Source: Mobula hypostoma (lineage: Eukaryota). From it: a stretch of 64,000 nt of DNA. Under the pieces are notes generated by a model that saw only the letters and a program-made list of their open reading frames with translations, was not told where the DNA came from and searched no databases. This document shows, piece after piece, positions 11,119 through 23,588 of this stretch. The translations under genes were made by a program, and so were the position numbers. The DNA lies in the NCBI RefSeq assembly GCF_963921235.1, contig NC_086109.1, positions 30,382,001 through 30,446,000 of the forward strand, given 5' to 3'. Every line of letters starts with the position of its first letter. Within the stretch, counting starts at the first letter, position 1.

Positions 11119-13237
11119 ATAAAAAGGTGAGACACCAACCTTTAAAAGGTGGATCTCAGCCCAAGAAAGAGTGAGTTCTTTCAGTTTGCTTTAAAGAGAC
11201 CAAGAAGACTTTTGCTAGATGATCAGCTTAAAAAGAATGTGAGGGATATACTGTAAATTGGGACAGAGAGAGATAAAGTAATTCACAAACTAACTGCAAC
11301 ACTGTCATCATTTAGATTTCAGTTGTCAGAACATAATTGCATGAATGTCTTTAATCTCTGAAATTATTAGAAAGTTACCTCCACAGATTAAAGGTATTGG
11401 GGTGAATGACAGGTCAATTTGGAACTTTACTTCCTGGGTTTCTGGCTGTGGGCTACACTCAAAGCTCACAACACTGACTGAGTAACTGGGTGCCATTGCT
11501 TAACAGCACCATGCAGGATATGTGATGATGTAATAATGAATTTAGGCAGTGATAAGTGAACCTTGAGTGATTGATATTGTAATAATGAATCAACAATGCG
11601 TGAAATGACATTACGCAAAAGACTATCTATACAGAAGATCATATATAAAGTGAACATGTCCTCCTAAAGGAACTGGCATACCAAACCAATCATACCAAAG
11701 GCAGGCAGAAATTTAAAAGAAAAGATTGATTGCTAATTAGGGAGAGCCAATATATAAGTGTTTGTATCAGACAAGAGGTGTTGACTAATGATTTATGAAA
11801 TTCAGTGTCTGTGAAAATGTGTTTCCCTTGTTAAATCTTTGTGTGGGAGCATGTCTTAAAAAGTTATCTACAGTTTGTTTTCATTGCCAATTAGTTATGC
11901 TAAGAGTTGGAAGCTGTTAACCTTTTTTGTCTTGTCTGTTAGATAGGAAAGTTCTCTGGGTTTGTAAACCAAGTCTTAAGAATGAATTTTGAATTTTTAA
12001 GAATGATTAAAGTTTTAATTGCAGAAATTGTCTTTTACCGAATGGAATCGGGGTGATTTTTGACCTCTAAAGAACATGTGTCTGCTGGAATTTAGATTAA
12101 AGTGTGTGAGGAATTTCAAACATATTTTGCATAATCAACACCTTGCAACATGCCTTTGAGTTTAATCTTTAAAAGTTGGAAGGTTTTCCTTGAGGCATGT
12201 GAGTGTGTTTTATACTGCCTTATATTTGCCTTAAGAATAATTATATTTTGTTTAAATTGTATGAATGTTCTGTGAGTTTTCACTTGCTTCATTAAGCTGA
12301 GCGACCTTTGAGTTCCACGAGAGAGAAAACTGGTTGAATATCGGGATTTGAAAGGCTTTTGGACAGAAACAGTTAAGAGTGAGGAACTTAATAATTGATC
12401 ATCCACAAGACTGCCTGAGGGAGATGGAGGCAGATGTGTCTAGGGAGACAAAATTAGGAAATACAATGATGGAATTGTATCAGTAGTTGAAGGCATCAGG
12501 CAAATAGCCAAGGAAAGGTAGGAGGGAAAGAAATTTAGTACCACAGTTAGGTGATGGTAAGAGCACTTTTGAGGTGCTGATTGTTAATGGCACATGTGTA
12601 TGAATGGATGTGCAAGATAAGGGAAAGAGGATATGGTCCCTGGGTGACATTAAATTATTATACAGTATGTGACTCAGCTGGATTAGTGGCTGAAGGAGCT
12701 GCATCAGGAAGTGAGGAGCAATCAGAAAATAGAACGCAGCGAGGACACCGAAAGCAGTACGCTAACATCTTGGGTAGAGACCTTATCTTGAGTTAGCCCT
12801 GAGAACATGGGATTTGCTCGAAACCATGGGACACAACTATGACCAGCAATATGTGTACATGTGCTAGCATGGAACAAATAGTACCATAAGCAGTTGGTTA
12901 ACAGATTATTATTAGGTGGGTGACGCACCGAGTGACAGCACCATAAAGTGGAATTCATGAGTTTGCAGAAATAGAAATGGCGAGAATTTAAAAAGCATCT
13001 AACTAGCCAATCCTTGTTTGGAGCAGCACTTGATCCAGGCAGGAAACAAACAGCCAGGTGATGAACAGATTTTCTCTTACCTCTTTTTTTTTCCACAGGG
13101 TATACAATCCAAGAAGAAAGATTTTACCTTGTTGCAATTGCATCATGATGCCACTGCCCAAAGAACTGAGACAATGCGGGAAATAGGTGATGGGGATCTT
13201 TGACCGGTCTTCCAATGGACAATGAGTAAGTGAAACA

Positions 13238-14143
13238 TTTCAAGGTTCAAAGTAAAATTTACTATCAGAGTACATACATGTCACCACATATAACCCTGAG
13301 ATTCTCTCTCCTGTGGGTGTACTTAGCAAATTTATAGAACAGCAACTGTAAACAGGATCAATGAACAACAAACTGTAAAAATGTAAATAAAGGGCAATAA
13401 ATAAGGAGCATGCAATAACAAGATAAAGCGTCCTTAAGGTGAGATCATCAACTGTGGGAACATCAGAAATAGAATGAACGTAATGTCCCCTTTTGCTCAC
13501 GAGCCTGATGGTTGACAGGTAAGAACTGTTTTTGAACCTGGTGGTGTGAGTCCTGAGACTCTTGTACCTTCTACCTGGTGACAACAGCGAGAAAAGAGCA
13601 TGGCCTGGGTGGTGAGGATCTTTGATGATGGATGCTTCTTTTCTACAATAACATTACATGCAGGTGTGCTCAATGGTTGGGAGGGCTTTGCCTGTGATGT
13701 ATTGGACCAAATCCACTAGCTTTTGTAGGATTTTCCACTCAAGGGCATTGGTATTCCCATACCAGACCATAATGCAGTCAGCAGCACACTTTCCACCAGA
13801 CATCTATAGAAGTTTGCCAAGGTTTTTGATGATATGCTGCATCTCTGCAGAGTCCTGAGGAAGTAGAGGCACTGTTGTGCTTTTTTTGTAATAATATTTA
13901 TATGATGGGTTTAAGATGGGTTCTCTGAGATAGTGACACCCAGAAATTTAAAGTTACTGACCTTCTCCACCTCTGATCCTCCAATGATTACTGGCTCATG
14001 GACCTCTGGTTTCCCTCTGTTGAAGTCCACAATGAGTTCCTTGGTCTTATTGACATTGAGTGAGAAGTTGTTGTCATTACACCACTCAGCCAAATTTTCC
14101 ATCTCCCTCCTGTATGCTGATTCATCACCTCCTTTGATATGGC
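13238..14143 (-). mobile_element. Rex1/Babar-type LINE fragment
   Basis: LNVNKTKELIVDF...NFKFLGV and GRRYKSLRTHTTRFKNS. Confidence 0.88.
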
Positions 14144-14778
14144 CTTACGTATGTATTATGGGCGTAAACTGTTTGAGACTCCCTACCCATGAGGAAAAAC
14201 TGGGGATGAGATCAACCCCACCCTAACAAATAGCTTGTTATACCTGGAAAGGATGAAGATGTAGGTGCACTGTTCTGCTGACCCAGTCTGCAATGGGTGT
14301 TTCTGAAAGGGATGAAAGTAGAACCAATAGGTGAACTTCTTCCAGAGCATTTGTTCATTTGCTGTGGCTGAAGGAGGACAGATGATGACATGTACAGTAC
14401 CTGTGTGCAGGGGTATGATAAGCGGGTGAAAACACAGAATTCTTACTTTATGTGTGCTTCATTCCTATTTGATAATACCACCCCAGTGCTTTGTTCACAA
14501 CCCAACCCCAAAAATATTAAAATGTCATCAATCAATTGAAATCTCGAAACAGAACCATATTACTGAATGGGGGATGAGGAGGGGGAGAGGGAGATGGAGA
14601 TGGGGAGGGGGAGTGGTTATGAAAATGTCACATAATCCGTGCCTGTACTGATCAAAATTTCACGTATTTAAGTGCCTGTGTATCGCTCAGTCTAAGTTAG
14701 AGATATGTATAAAAGGTGAATTTAGGATCACAAGTTTCGAGGATATTTGACAGATTTAGGACGATGATAGCAACAGCT

Positions 14779-15137
14779 TTGAAGTTCAAAGTAAATTTCT
14801 GTAAAGTATGTATATGCCACCATTTACTACCTGGAGATTCCTTTTCTTATAGCTACTCGCAGTAGAACAAAGAAATAGAATAGAATCAATAAAAAAAACA
14901 CACAAAGACTGACGATAGCCAATGTGCAAAAGAAGATAATCTGTGCACATAAATAAATAAATAAAACTGAGAATATGAGTTACAGGGCCCTTGAAAGTGA
15001 GTCCATCAGTTTAGAGATGAGGTGGGTGAAGTTATCCATGCTGATTCCGGAGCCTCATGGTTGTAGGGTAAGAACCGTTCCTGAAACTTGTGATGTGGGG
15101 CCCAAGGCTCCTTTACCTCCTTCCTGATGGCAGCAGC
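14779..15137 (-). mobile_element. Rex1/Babar-type LINE 3' end
   Basis: 3' UTR similar to 13238-13600 (aagttcaaagtaaattt...cttcctgatggcagcagcgagaag). Confidence 0.75.
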
Positions 15138-15167
15138 GAGAAGAACCATCTTGCGCTGTCTGCCGGC

Positions 15168-16252
15168 AACACACACAGAATGCTGGAGGAACTCAGCAGG
15201 CCAGGCAGCGTCTATGGAGAAGAGCAAAACAGTCAACGTTTTGGGCCAGGACCCTTCATTGGGACTGGAAAAAAAAAGATGTCAAGTCAGAGTAAGAAGG
15301 TGGGGGGAGGGGAGGAAGAAGTACAAGGTGATAGGTGAAACCGGGACAGCAGGAGTAGTGAAGTAAAGAGCTGGGAAGTTGATAGATGAAAGAGATAAAG
15401 GGCTGATAGGAGAGGGTAGAAGACCATGGAAGAAAGGGAAGGAGGAGCAGCAGAGGGAGATGATCGGCAGATCAGGAGATAAAGTGAGAGAGGGAAGCAG
15501 AGATGGGGAATGGTGAAGGGGGAGCAATTACTGGAAGTTTGAGAAGTCAATGTTCATGCCATCAGGGTGGTGGCTACCCAGATGCCGCTCCTCCACCCTG
15601 AGTGTGGCCTCATCGCAGCAGTAGAGGAGGACATGGACTGACAAGTTGGAATGAGAATCGGAAGTAGAATTGAAATGGGCAGCTTCCGGGAGATCCCACT
15701 TTTTCTGGTGGATGGAGCGTAGGTGCTCGGCAAAGTGGTCTCCCAATCTATGACGGGTCTCAACAATATACAGGAGGCCACACATGGAGCACTAGATAGA
15801 GTCGTTGACCCCAACAGATTCACTGGAAGGACTGTTTGGGGCCTTGAAGTAAGGGACAAGGTGTAGGGGCAGCTGTGGCACTTGTTTTGCTTGTAAGGAT
15901 AAGTACCAGGAGGGAGATCAGTGGGGAGGGATGAGTGGATGAGGGAGTCACATAGGGAGTGATCCGTGCTGAAAGTGGAAAGTGATGGGGAGGAGGAAAA
16001 ATGTGCTTGGTGGTGGGATCCCATTAGAGATGGTGGAAGTCATGGAGAATTATGTGCTGGATGTGGAGGCTGGTGGGGTGGCAGGTGAGGACAAGAGCAA
16101 CCCAATCCCTGGTTTGGCGGTAGGAGGATGCGTATGGGCAGACGTGCACAAAATGGAAGAGATGCAGGTGAGTGCAGTGTTGACGGTGGAAAGCCCTTTT
16201 CTTTGAAGAAGGAGGACATCATATTAGTTCTGGAATGAGAAGTCTCATTCTG
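15168..16252 (-). mobile_element. Penelope-like element fragment (RT C-terminus, GIY-YIG, tail)
   Basis: CGLLYIVETRHRLGDHFAEHLRSI...PDGMNIDFSNF and MSSFFKEKGFP; degenerate hammerhead at ~15230-15268. Confidence 0.88.
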
Positions 16253-16261
16253 AGAGCATAT

Positions 16262-16289
16262 GCTCCAAGTGCTTCTGTTTCCTTCCACA
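16262..16289 (+). repeat. V-SINE/HE1-like SINE, left piece
   Basis: gtgcttctgtttccttccaca continues as gtccaaagg...ggtt after the Gypsy element (core motif ggtttcctcccacagtccaaaga). Confidence 0.55.
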
Positions 16290-17927
16290 TGTTATGTTTT
16301 GTAACTCCAAAACAGAAAACTAATTCAAAGGAAACAAAGAGCCAGGAATGCAAGTCTTATTTGGTTTTTACTTTAAGCGAGGCATGCACATACAACGTGG
16401 TGGCATGATAACGTATGCCACTTATGTACTTTTACATATAATTCATATGAATTATTTAAACAAAGAATGCTTAAACAACAATATATTTCCAATATTACTC
16501 AAATATTACTAAAATATTAAATACACAACAATCCTCCCTGCTTAGCTACAATCTCCAACTTAATGTACAATGCATCTCAATTCATATATTTAATGTATTG
16601 CTTTATAGGCACAGTATATAACTGTACAGTATATACACACCCATGTAGAGCATACTATATAGTACAACTACTATATAGATATCCGCAGCATGAATTGTCC
16701 TATTCATGCCTAAAGACTTAATCACTTGTGCAGGCTTTCTTATTCATGTATGATAACGTCTTTCCTTACAAGGGAAATTACTGTGCTTGGCAGATGAAAT
16801 TTGTGGCTATGAAACAATCTCAGCTTTTGGGGCCTCCTCCATGGTGATTGTCAGAGTTGACTCTGAGACTGCAGGAATTGGCTCTGATGGCTTTGGACAC
16901 CTTTCTTCTGGACATGTTCAAGTTCAAGTTTAATTGTCATTCAACCATGCATTAATACCATGAATACAGCCACACTCAGCTGCATGACTCCGAAACCAAG
17001 GTGCAAAACACAGTACCAACAGTCACACACAGCACAAGACACGTACCGCACATATAAGATAGCAAGCAATATAAGATATTAGTAAAATATAGTCACACAA
17101 AAAATATAGGCCAAGTTAATGAGTTAATGAATGTTGCAGCAGTATGCAGTTGAAGACAATACAGTTTGTCTTCTGCTAAGTAAACACTGAGGGTAATACA
17201 GACTACAGCTTGGATACCACACCACATCACCTTTGGTAGAGCACACCAACTCCAATCCCTTTCTGCTGTGCGGCTATAAAAAGACAACACTGTAGCTTGA
17301 TGCTGAGTCCTGACTATGATCAAGGCCTTGCAGTGCCTCTGTCATCCACCAATAAATTAGTGAATTGGACTTGCAGCATTTCACCTTAAGAATGATAAAC
17401 ACGGCCTTACAATCAAAAGAAAAGCAACCAAGACAAGAACTCACTGTTAGAGTGCACACTGGCTTTGCACACCCGTTCCTCTGACATCTCTCTGACACAG
17501 ACAGCGGTACGATCCACACCAAGATCATAAGTTGACGAGCTCAGAATGGGTGCAGAAGTAGCATCGATGCCGTCGTCAATGCAACGTAGGAAGAGTTGGG
17601 GAGTGATACTGGTGCAAGCTTGGGACGTAGGCTGTTCCACGTAGATGTCAAAAAGACAGGTGTAGCTGAGACCATCGAGTCATTTGGTCCATGAAATCTG
17701 TCCTGCCATTTCATCATGACTGATCCATTTCCATCTCAGCGCCAATCTCCTGCCTTCTTCCCATATCCCTTCATGTCCTGATTAATGAAGAAGTTATCAA
17801 CCTCTGCCTTAAATGTACACTAAGTCCTGCTCCTTCAGTTTCTCCAAAAATGAGTTGCTCACTAATCGGGAAGACCTGCAGTACTTTAAGTTCTTAATAT
17901 CCAGTAAGGTCTTGTGATTGTGAAAAA

Positions 17928-18022
17928 AAGCAACACCCACCAAATGCTGGAGGAACTCAGCAAGTCAGGCAGCATCTATGGAAAAGAGTACAGTCGATGT
18001 TTCAGTCTGAGACCCTTCAGCA
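17928..18022 (-). mobile_element. PLE tail fragment nested in Gypsy
   Basis: gcaacacccaccaaatgctggaggaactcagcaagtcaggcagcatctatgg...gacccttcagcag. Confidence 0.75.
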
Positions 18023-18360
18023 GATCTGTAAAAAAACATGTTTAAAAAAGACAATAGCATCATTGGTTGACACTGTAGAAGTGAATGTGATTGAAAGCAA
18101 CGTTATCTGATCAGAAGATGGCATCTTACTGGTGTTGGCATCATGAACAGTGCATGACAAACTTCCCTGGACAACGTGGATCATGGTGTGTGACATCACC
18201 ATTTTCTTTACCCTTTGAACAGCCACCTTACATTGTTTTGTCCATTGCTGTAGTAATGAGTTCAAGGATTGGAACAGGTTTGGCAGGATTCTGTTATAGT
18301 AATTGACAAATCCTAAAAAGCTCCACAAATGTGACATGTTATTTGATCTTGGAGCATCCC

Positions 18361-18589
18361 TGAAGGACCTTCAATAACTCCAAAAGACTGAAGTTTGGAA
18401 AAATACTGAAAGGCTTTTATTCGCTGTACAATACGACCTCCATGCTGAGTGTTTGCCCCCGGACTGAGGGGGAGGGGTAAGGCAAAATCACCTTTATTCA
18501 GGAATCTGTGGGAGGAGCCACAGGGGCAGTCAGCAGAGGGGTGTGTCCTGACAGTTAACCCAGTTACAACATATATATGGTTTACCACA
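18361..18589 (-). mobile_element. Solo LTR (229 bp) inserted in Gypsy pol
   Basis: TG...CA termini; perfect 5-bp TSD atccc at 18356-18360 and 18590-18594; aataaa signals on the minus strand. Confidence 0.8.
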
Positions 18590-20741
18590 ATCCCATCCAT
18601 TGCTGCTTGAAGTTTCTCAGCACACTTGTGTAATCCTTGTGCATTGATGGTGTGACCATAGTAAGTGATTGAATTCACACCTGTTGCATTATGCCCTGAG
18701 CCCATTATATTCTAATCTTTTTAACACTGTTGAAATTTTGGAGATGTTCCTTGTCATCCTTACTGTTAACATTGGTGTCATCTAGGTAACACCGAGTGCC
18801 TGGGCAACCTTGCAGTACCTGGTCCATAGCTATTTGCCAGAGTGCAGGTGCAGATACTCCTCCAAAAATAAACATATTATAGCAATAAAGTCCTTTGTTA
18901 GTGTTTATGTTGAGAAACACTTTGGGCTCTTCTACCATCTCCACTTGTAGGTAGGCCTCAGCTAAGTTCACTTTACTGAAGTGTTTTTCTCCAAAAAGGT
19001 TTGCAAAGCTATCTAGCTCACCAGCTAATTTATCTCAGATGGCATAATGATGGGCTTTGTAATCTTGGGTGTGGCATTTTCATTTAGCACTATTTTACCC
19101 ATGATATGTTGGAGTTTTCTGTGTGACATCATCCAATACCCTTCTTAATCTGCTTTCAGTTGACTCTATCAAGTTGTAGTTGTCTCAGCCAATCACATTC
19201 CTGCAATGTTAGCCCTCCACTCTTTAACACATACAAGCCAATGTGGCTTGTTGGTTATTGTATTTCAATGTTACAAATGTCATTCTCTCAAGAGTTATCT
19301 TTTCTTCAGTGTAAGTTCTTAGTTGGATATCTGCAGGCTTTAGTTTAGTATCTCTGAAATGCCTCTCAAACTCACCTTGTAGAATGACTCAAACAGCTGA
19401 ATCAGTGTCTAATTCCATTTTAATTAATTTGCCATTCCCTTTTGGTGTAAGACATATTGCTTGTCTACTTCTACTTTTCACATTGTAAATCTCAAGACTA
19501 CAGTCCAGTTTTGCTCTCATCATTCTTAGGCATTTCATCAACAGCATGCAGATTAGTACTCTTTTTGAAACTGAAACTTGACTTTTTATCTCGTGCAGTC
19601 CATTTACTTTTGTCTGCCTGACATGCTCTTTGTATGTGTCCTACTTTATTGTATTTTCTGCAAGTTTCACATTATACCCGCATTAGTCTGGTTTATGTGA
19701 GCCTATGACACAACTGTAATACAGCTGGGTCAGCCATGCAGGTTTCTTTTGCCATTGCAATTTTGATCACACTCGCTTTCATTCCTCACTGTAACTCAAC
19801 TGTGTCTCTGTCTGTGGTTTCCATAAATACAGCAATTTCATCTGCTCTTTTAAATGTAAGTTTTGCTTCCATTAGGAGCTATTTTTGAATGATTTCTTGT
19901 AAGATTCTACAAATTAAGCAATCGCTCAGTTCATCCTCAAACCCCTTAATTGATCTGACAATAATCAGGCACCTTCTTCAATTCAGCTATAAATGCTGAA
20001 ATGGACTCCCCTTCCTTTTAATTCCATTTATGAAAACTTAAGTGTTCTGCAATTGACAATGGTTCCAGTTCTAAATGTTCCTGCATTACCTTCATGATAT
20101 TAGCAATGCTCATTTCGGCTGGTTTGGTTGGACATGTCAAACATCTAAGAAAACTGTATGCCTTAAAACCTAACACATGCAGCAAAACAGGTACTTGTTT
20201 CTCATTGACTGTTTCATTTGCTTTAAAATACAGCTCAATTCACTCAGTATACATATTCCAGTTATATCTTGTGCAATCAAATACATCAGTCTGATGTAGC
20301 CATCCATTTCTGCTCTTTTAAAAAAATATATTATTATTATTATTATCTGGTACTCACAGCTTATGAACCAGTGAATTTGTCCATTTTCTGCCATTTTTAA
20401 AACTCGATCTTCTCTATCTCCTTTTCTGAAGAGACGTGCTGCGCTGATTTTTTAAAACTTGAACACCTCACTGCACTTCAACAGGTAGGTAATCGCCCAA
20501 CGGTCATTTAAAACTTATTCGTCACCAATGCTATGTTTTGTAACTCCAAAATATAAAAACTAATTGGAAACAAACAAGGTGCTGGGAATGTGAGTCTAAC
20601 TTCGTTGTTACTTTTTGCGAGTGTGCATCTATGACGTATGTCATTTATGTACTTTAACATATAACCCATAATGAATCGCTTAAACAAAGAATGCTTAATC
20701 AACAACATATTTACAATATTATTGAAATATTAAATATACTA

Positions 20742-20847
20742 TCACGGTCCAAAGGTGTACAGGTTAGATGAACGTTAACTGGTCACATGGGTATAAGTTG
20801 GGCCAGAAGAGTCTGTACTGTGCTGTATCTCTAAATAAAATAAAATC
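20742..20847 (+). repeat. V-SINE/HE1-like SINE, right piece with CR1-like tail
   Basis: gtccaaaggtgtacaggttag...gggccagaagagtctgtactgtgctgtatctc followed by (taaaa)n. Confidence 0.55.
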
Positions 20848-22363
20848 AATTTCAGCAATTGCAGAATCTTGTGTCTTCAGAAAAGTTATTGTTTTTCTTC
20901 TCAGCATTTCTAACTGAATATACCTACTCACCACTATCATCAGTTGATCTGTCTGAGTAGGACATGGTTTGTAACTTTTCATGACCACTGTCCAAATTGT
21001 AAATTAAGTTTTTTTTTGTGAACAAACTGGTGCTGGAATGTCACAACAATAGGTTATTCACTTGTCTGTATAGATTCTGAGCAAATCTCTCAGCTTCTGA
21101 TATTTTCAATCCTTTGCTCTGAAAACTAATTTTCCAGTTACCTGGTAATCAGTTACAGCAATCATAACACACCGTTCTTGATTTTGAACAATTTCTGTAT
21201 TCTGATGCAACGAGAGGGCAGGCAGCAGTTTCTAAAGGATCTTCAATATTTTTGCTTGCATATTCACATAACAGCTATAGCACAATCAACAGAATATCCT
21301 TTTTTAAAAGTAGCAACTCTCATCCAACAGCAAGATATCAAACAATACATAAGAATTATATCACATGGTACACATTTCTTTGAAGTGGTTGTAGTGCGCT
21401 CACTTAAATCAAGTATGATACTCTCCTAAGGGGTTGTCTATTGGTGGGACCTTATGTGTACATTGAGGCTGATCTGGGATTTACCGATTCTGGTGCACCA
21501 AGGGACTTAGACCAGCCTGTTAGGGTGGATTCCCTTAATGGAGAATGGCTGTGTATGACTTTGTTTAATGTGGGCATCTACCAGATAGTCCTTGACAGAT
21601 CAGAGTCAGGGTCCAGTGGTATGAAATGCAAGTTGACTGAGGACCCTTCACTGCTGTTGTGATGTATCATCGTCCTCCGCCAGCTCCATCGTTGTAGTCT
21701 TGGTTGGATAGTTCTTTGCAATTACATTTAAAGGTGGTTGGAAAGGTTTGGAGGATAATGCAAAATGTCTGCCTCATTAATCATCTCTGTCAGAAGTTAT
21801 AACCTCAGTATTAGGAGGGGTGGTTCTTGTGTGATGCAGTAGCACAGGTCCGATTTTGACGCTGCAGTTTTTTTTTTGGCAGAAGCTCCAGCTGGAAGCC
21901 TCAGTTGATTATCAGGTTTGGCTTCCAGCAGGAGGTGGAGCACCCTTGATCAGACCACCACTATGGGTAAAGGACCTCTAACTTTTAAAAGAATCACAGT
22001 TGAGGAAGGGTTGGCGTGAAAAAGAGTGTGATAATATTGGGAAGAGCAACAAGTGAGGAATGTTCCTATATTGATCTATTTTCTAATCAGAGGAAGTCTT
22101 TAGGTTTGAGGTTGGAAGGAGAGGCAAAATTGTGGGGTTGACGTGAGATAAGTGAGAGTGTAATATATCCCTGAAAGTGGATATACTTGGTGTCTTGGAT
22201 GAAAGTAAACTTGCTTCTGTTGATACACAAGCAGTTCTTTAATGAGGATTACTTCTGCCTCAAGTAGTCCTTCGCTTCTTTGAACTGAAGACCTGGAAAA
22301 GATGGCTGGAGGAACTCAGCAGGTGAAGCAGTCTCTGTGGGATGAAGGGAATTGCCAACATTT

Positions 22364-23453
22364 CAGAATCAGAGTTATGTTTAATATCACCAGCATACTT
22401 TACGTTCTGAACTTTGCTGACTTTGCAATACATATTAATAGAGAAGAAAATCTGTGAATTACAGTAGAGCTATATATATATATATAATAGTTAAGTTAAA
22501 TAAGTAGTATAAAAATAGAAATTTTTTAAAAGGTGGCAGGGCAGAGTTCATGGGTTCAATGTCTATTCAGAAATTGGATGGCAGAAGGGAAGAAGCTGTT
22601 CCTGAATCATTGAGTGTGTGCCTTCACACTTCTGTATCTCCTTCCTGATGATAATAAAGAGAACAAGGATAACCTGGGTGATGGAGGCCCTTAATAATGG
22701 ATGCCATGTTTTTGAGGCATCTCTCCTTGAGGATGTCTTGGATACTACAGAAGCTAGTTCTCATAATGGAGCTGACTATGTTTACAACCCTCTAGAGCTA
22801 ACTTCAATCTTGTGCGGTAGTCACACACACTCCCCCATATCAGACAGTGATGCAGCCAGTTAGAATGCTCTCCACAGTACATCTGTAGAAACTTTCAAGT
22901 GCTTTTGGAGACATACCAACTCTTCTCAGGCTCCTAATGAAATATAGCTGCTGTCGTGCCTTCTTTTTAGGTTCACTCTCTCCAATTCTGATCCCTCTAT
23001 GAGGACTGGTGTGTGTTCCCTCATCTTACCCTTTCTGAAGTCCACAATCAATTTTTTGGTCTTACTGACATTGAGTGCAAGGTTGTTGCTATGACACCAC
23101 TCAGCTAACTGATATATCTCACTCTTGTACTCCTTCTTGTCACCATCTGAAATTCTGCCAACAATGGTGGTATCATCAGCAAATTTATAGATGACATTTG
23201 AGTTGTGCTTAGCAGTAGAAAGAGTACAGTGAGTAGAGCAGTGGGCTAAGCATACATCATTGAGGCCAATATTGATAGTCAGCGAGGTAGATTCTAATCA
23301 GCACAGATTGTGGTCTACTGGTTAGTAAGTTGAGGATCCAGTTTCTGAGGGAAGTAAAAGAAGCTCAGGTTCTGGGAGCTTTTTGATCAGTACTCTAGGG
23401 AAGATTGTGTTAAATGCTAAGCTGTATTTAATAAACAGCAACCTGACATAGGT
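22364..23453 (-). mobile_element. Rex1/Babar-type LINE fragment
   Basis: Collinear with 10179-11118 (tcatcagcaaatttatagat = IYKFADD on the minus strand). Confidence 0.85.
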
Positions 23454-23454
23454 C

Positions 23455-23588
23455 AAAACTCTGCATCAGACCACATCATGGAGAAGAGGAAATTCTCTTT
23501 GTCCTACAGATGCTGCTTGACCTACTGATTTCCTCCAGCAGATTGTTTGTTGCTTCAGTTTCCAGCATCTGCCATCACACGTGTCTCC
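23455..23588 (+). mobile_element. Degenerate PLE tail
   Basis: cagatgctgcttgacctactgatttcctccagca...tttccagcatctgc. Confidence 0.65.

Larger units (their letters stand above)
16290..20741 (-). mobile_element. Decayed Gypsy LTR retrotransposon (gag, PR, partial RT; integrase mostly missing) with nested insertions
   Basis: LTRs ~16290-16530 and ~20529-20741 (tg[t/c]tatgttttgtaactccaaa...). PBS tggtgacga next to the right LTR, PPT aagcagggagga next to the left LTR. Gag NWNMYTE*IELYFKAN, protease MELDTDSAV, RT AYLQV...SAPALWQ...CYLDD (18705-18971). Confidence 0.88.

Noticed and set aside
11519..11600. C-box-like gtgatga suggesting a snoRNA
   Set aside because: No properly placed D box or terminal stem
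12312..12521. Stop-free frame of ~70 codons (VPRERKLVEYRDLKGFW...)
   Set aside because: No start codon, no convincing splice sites and no recognisable homology
20932..20987. Possible 56-nt minus-strand exon (ag...gtgagt; GHEKLQTMSYSDRSTDDS)
   Set aside because: Weak polypyrimidine tract, peptide not recognised, no partner exons; needs RNA-seq
21430..21970. Possible degenerate non-autonomous repeat on the minus strand
   Set aside because: No second copy, TSD or diagnostic motif verifiable within the window
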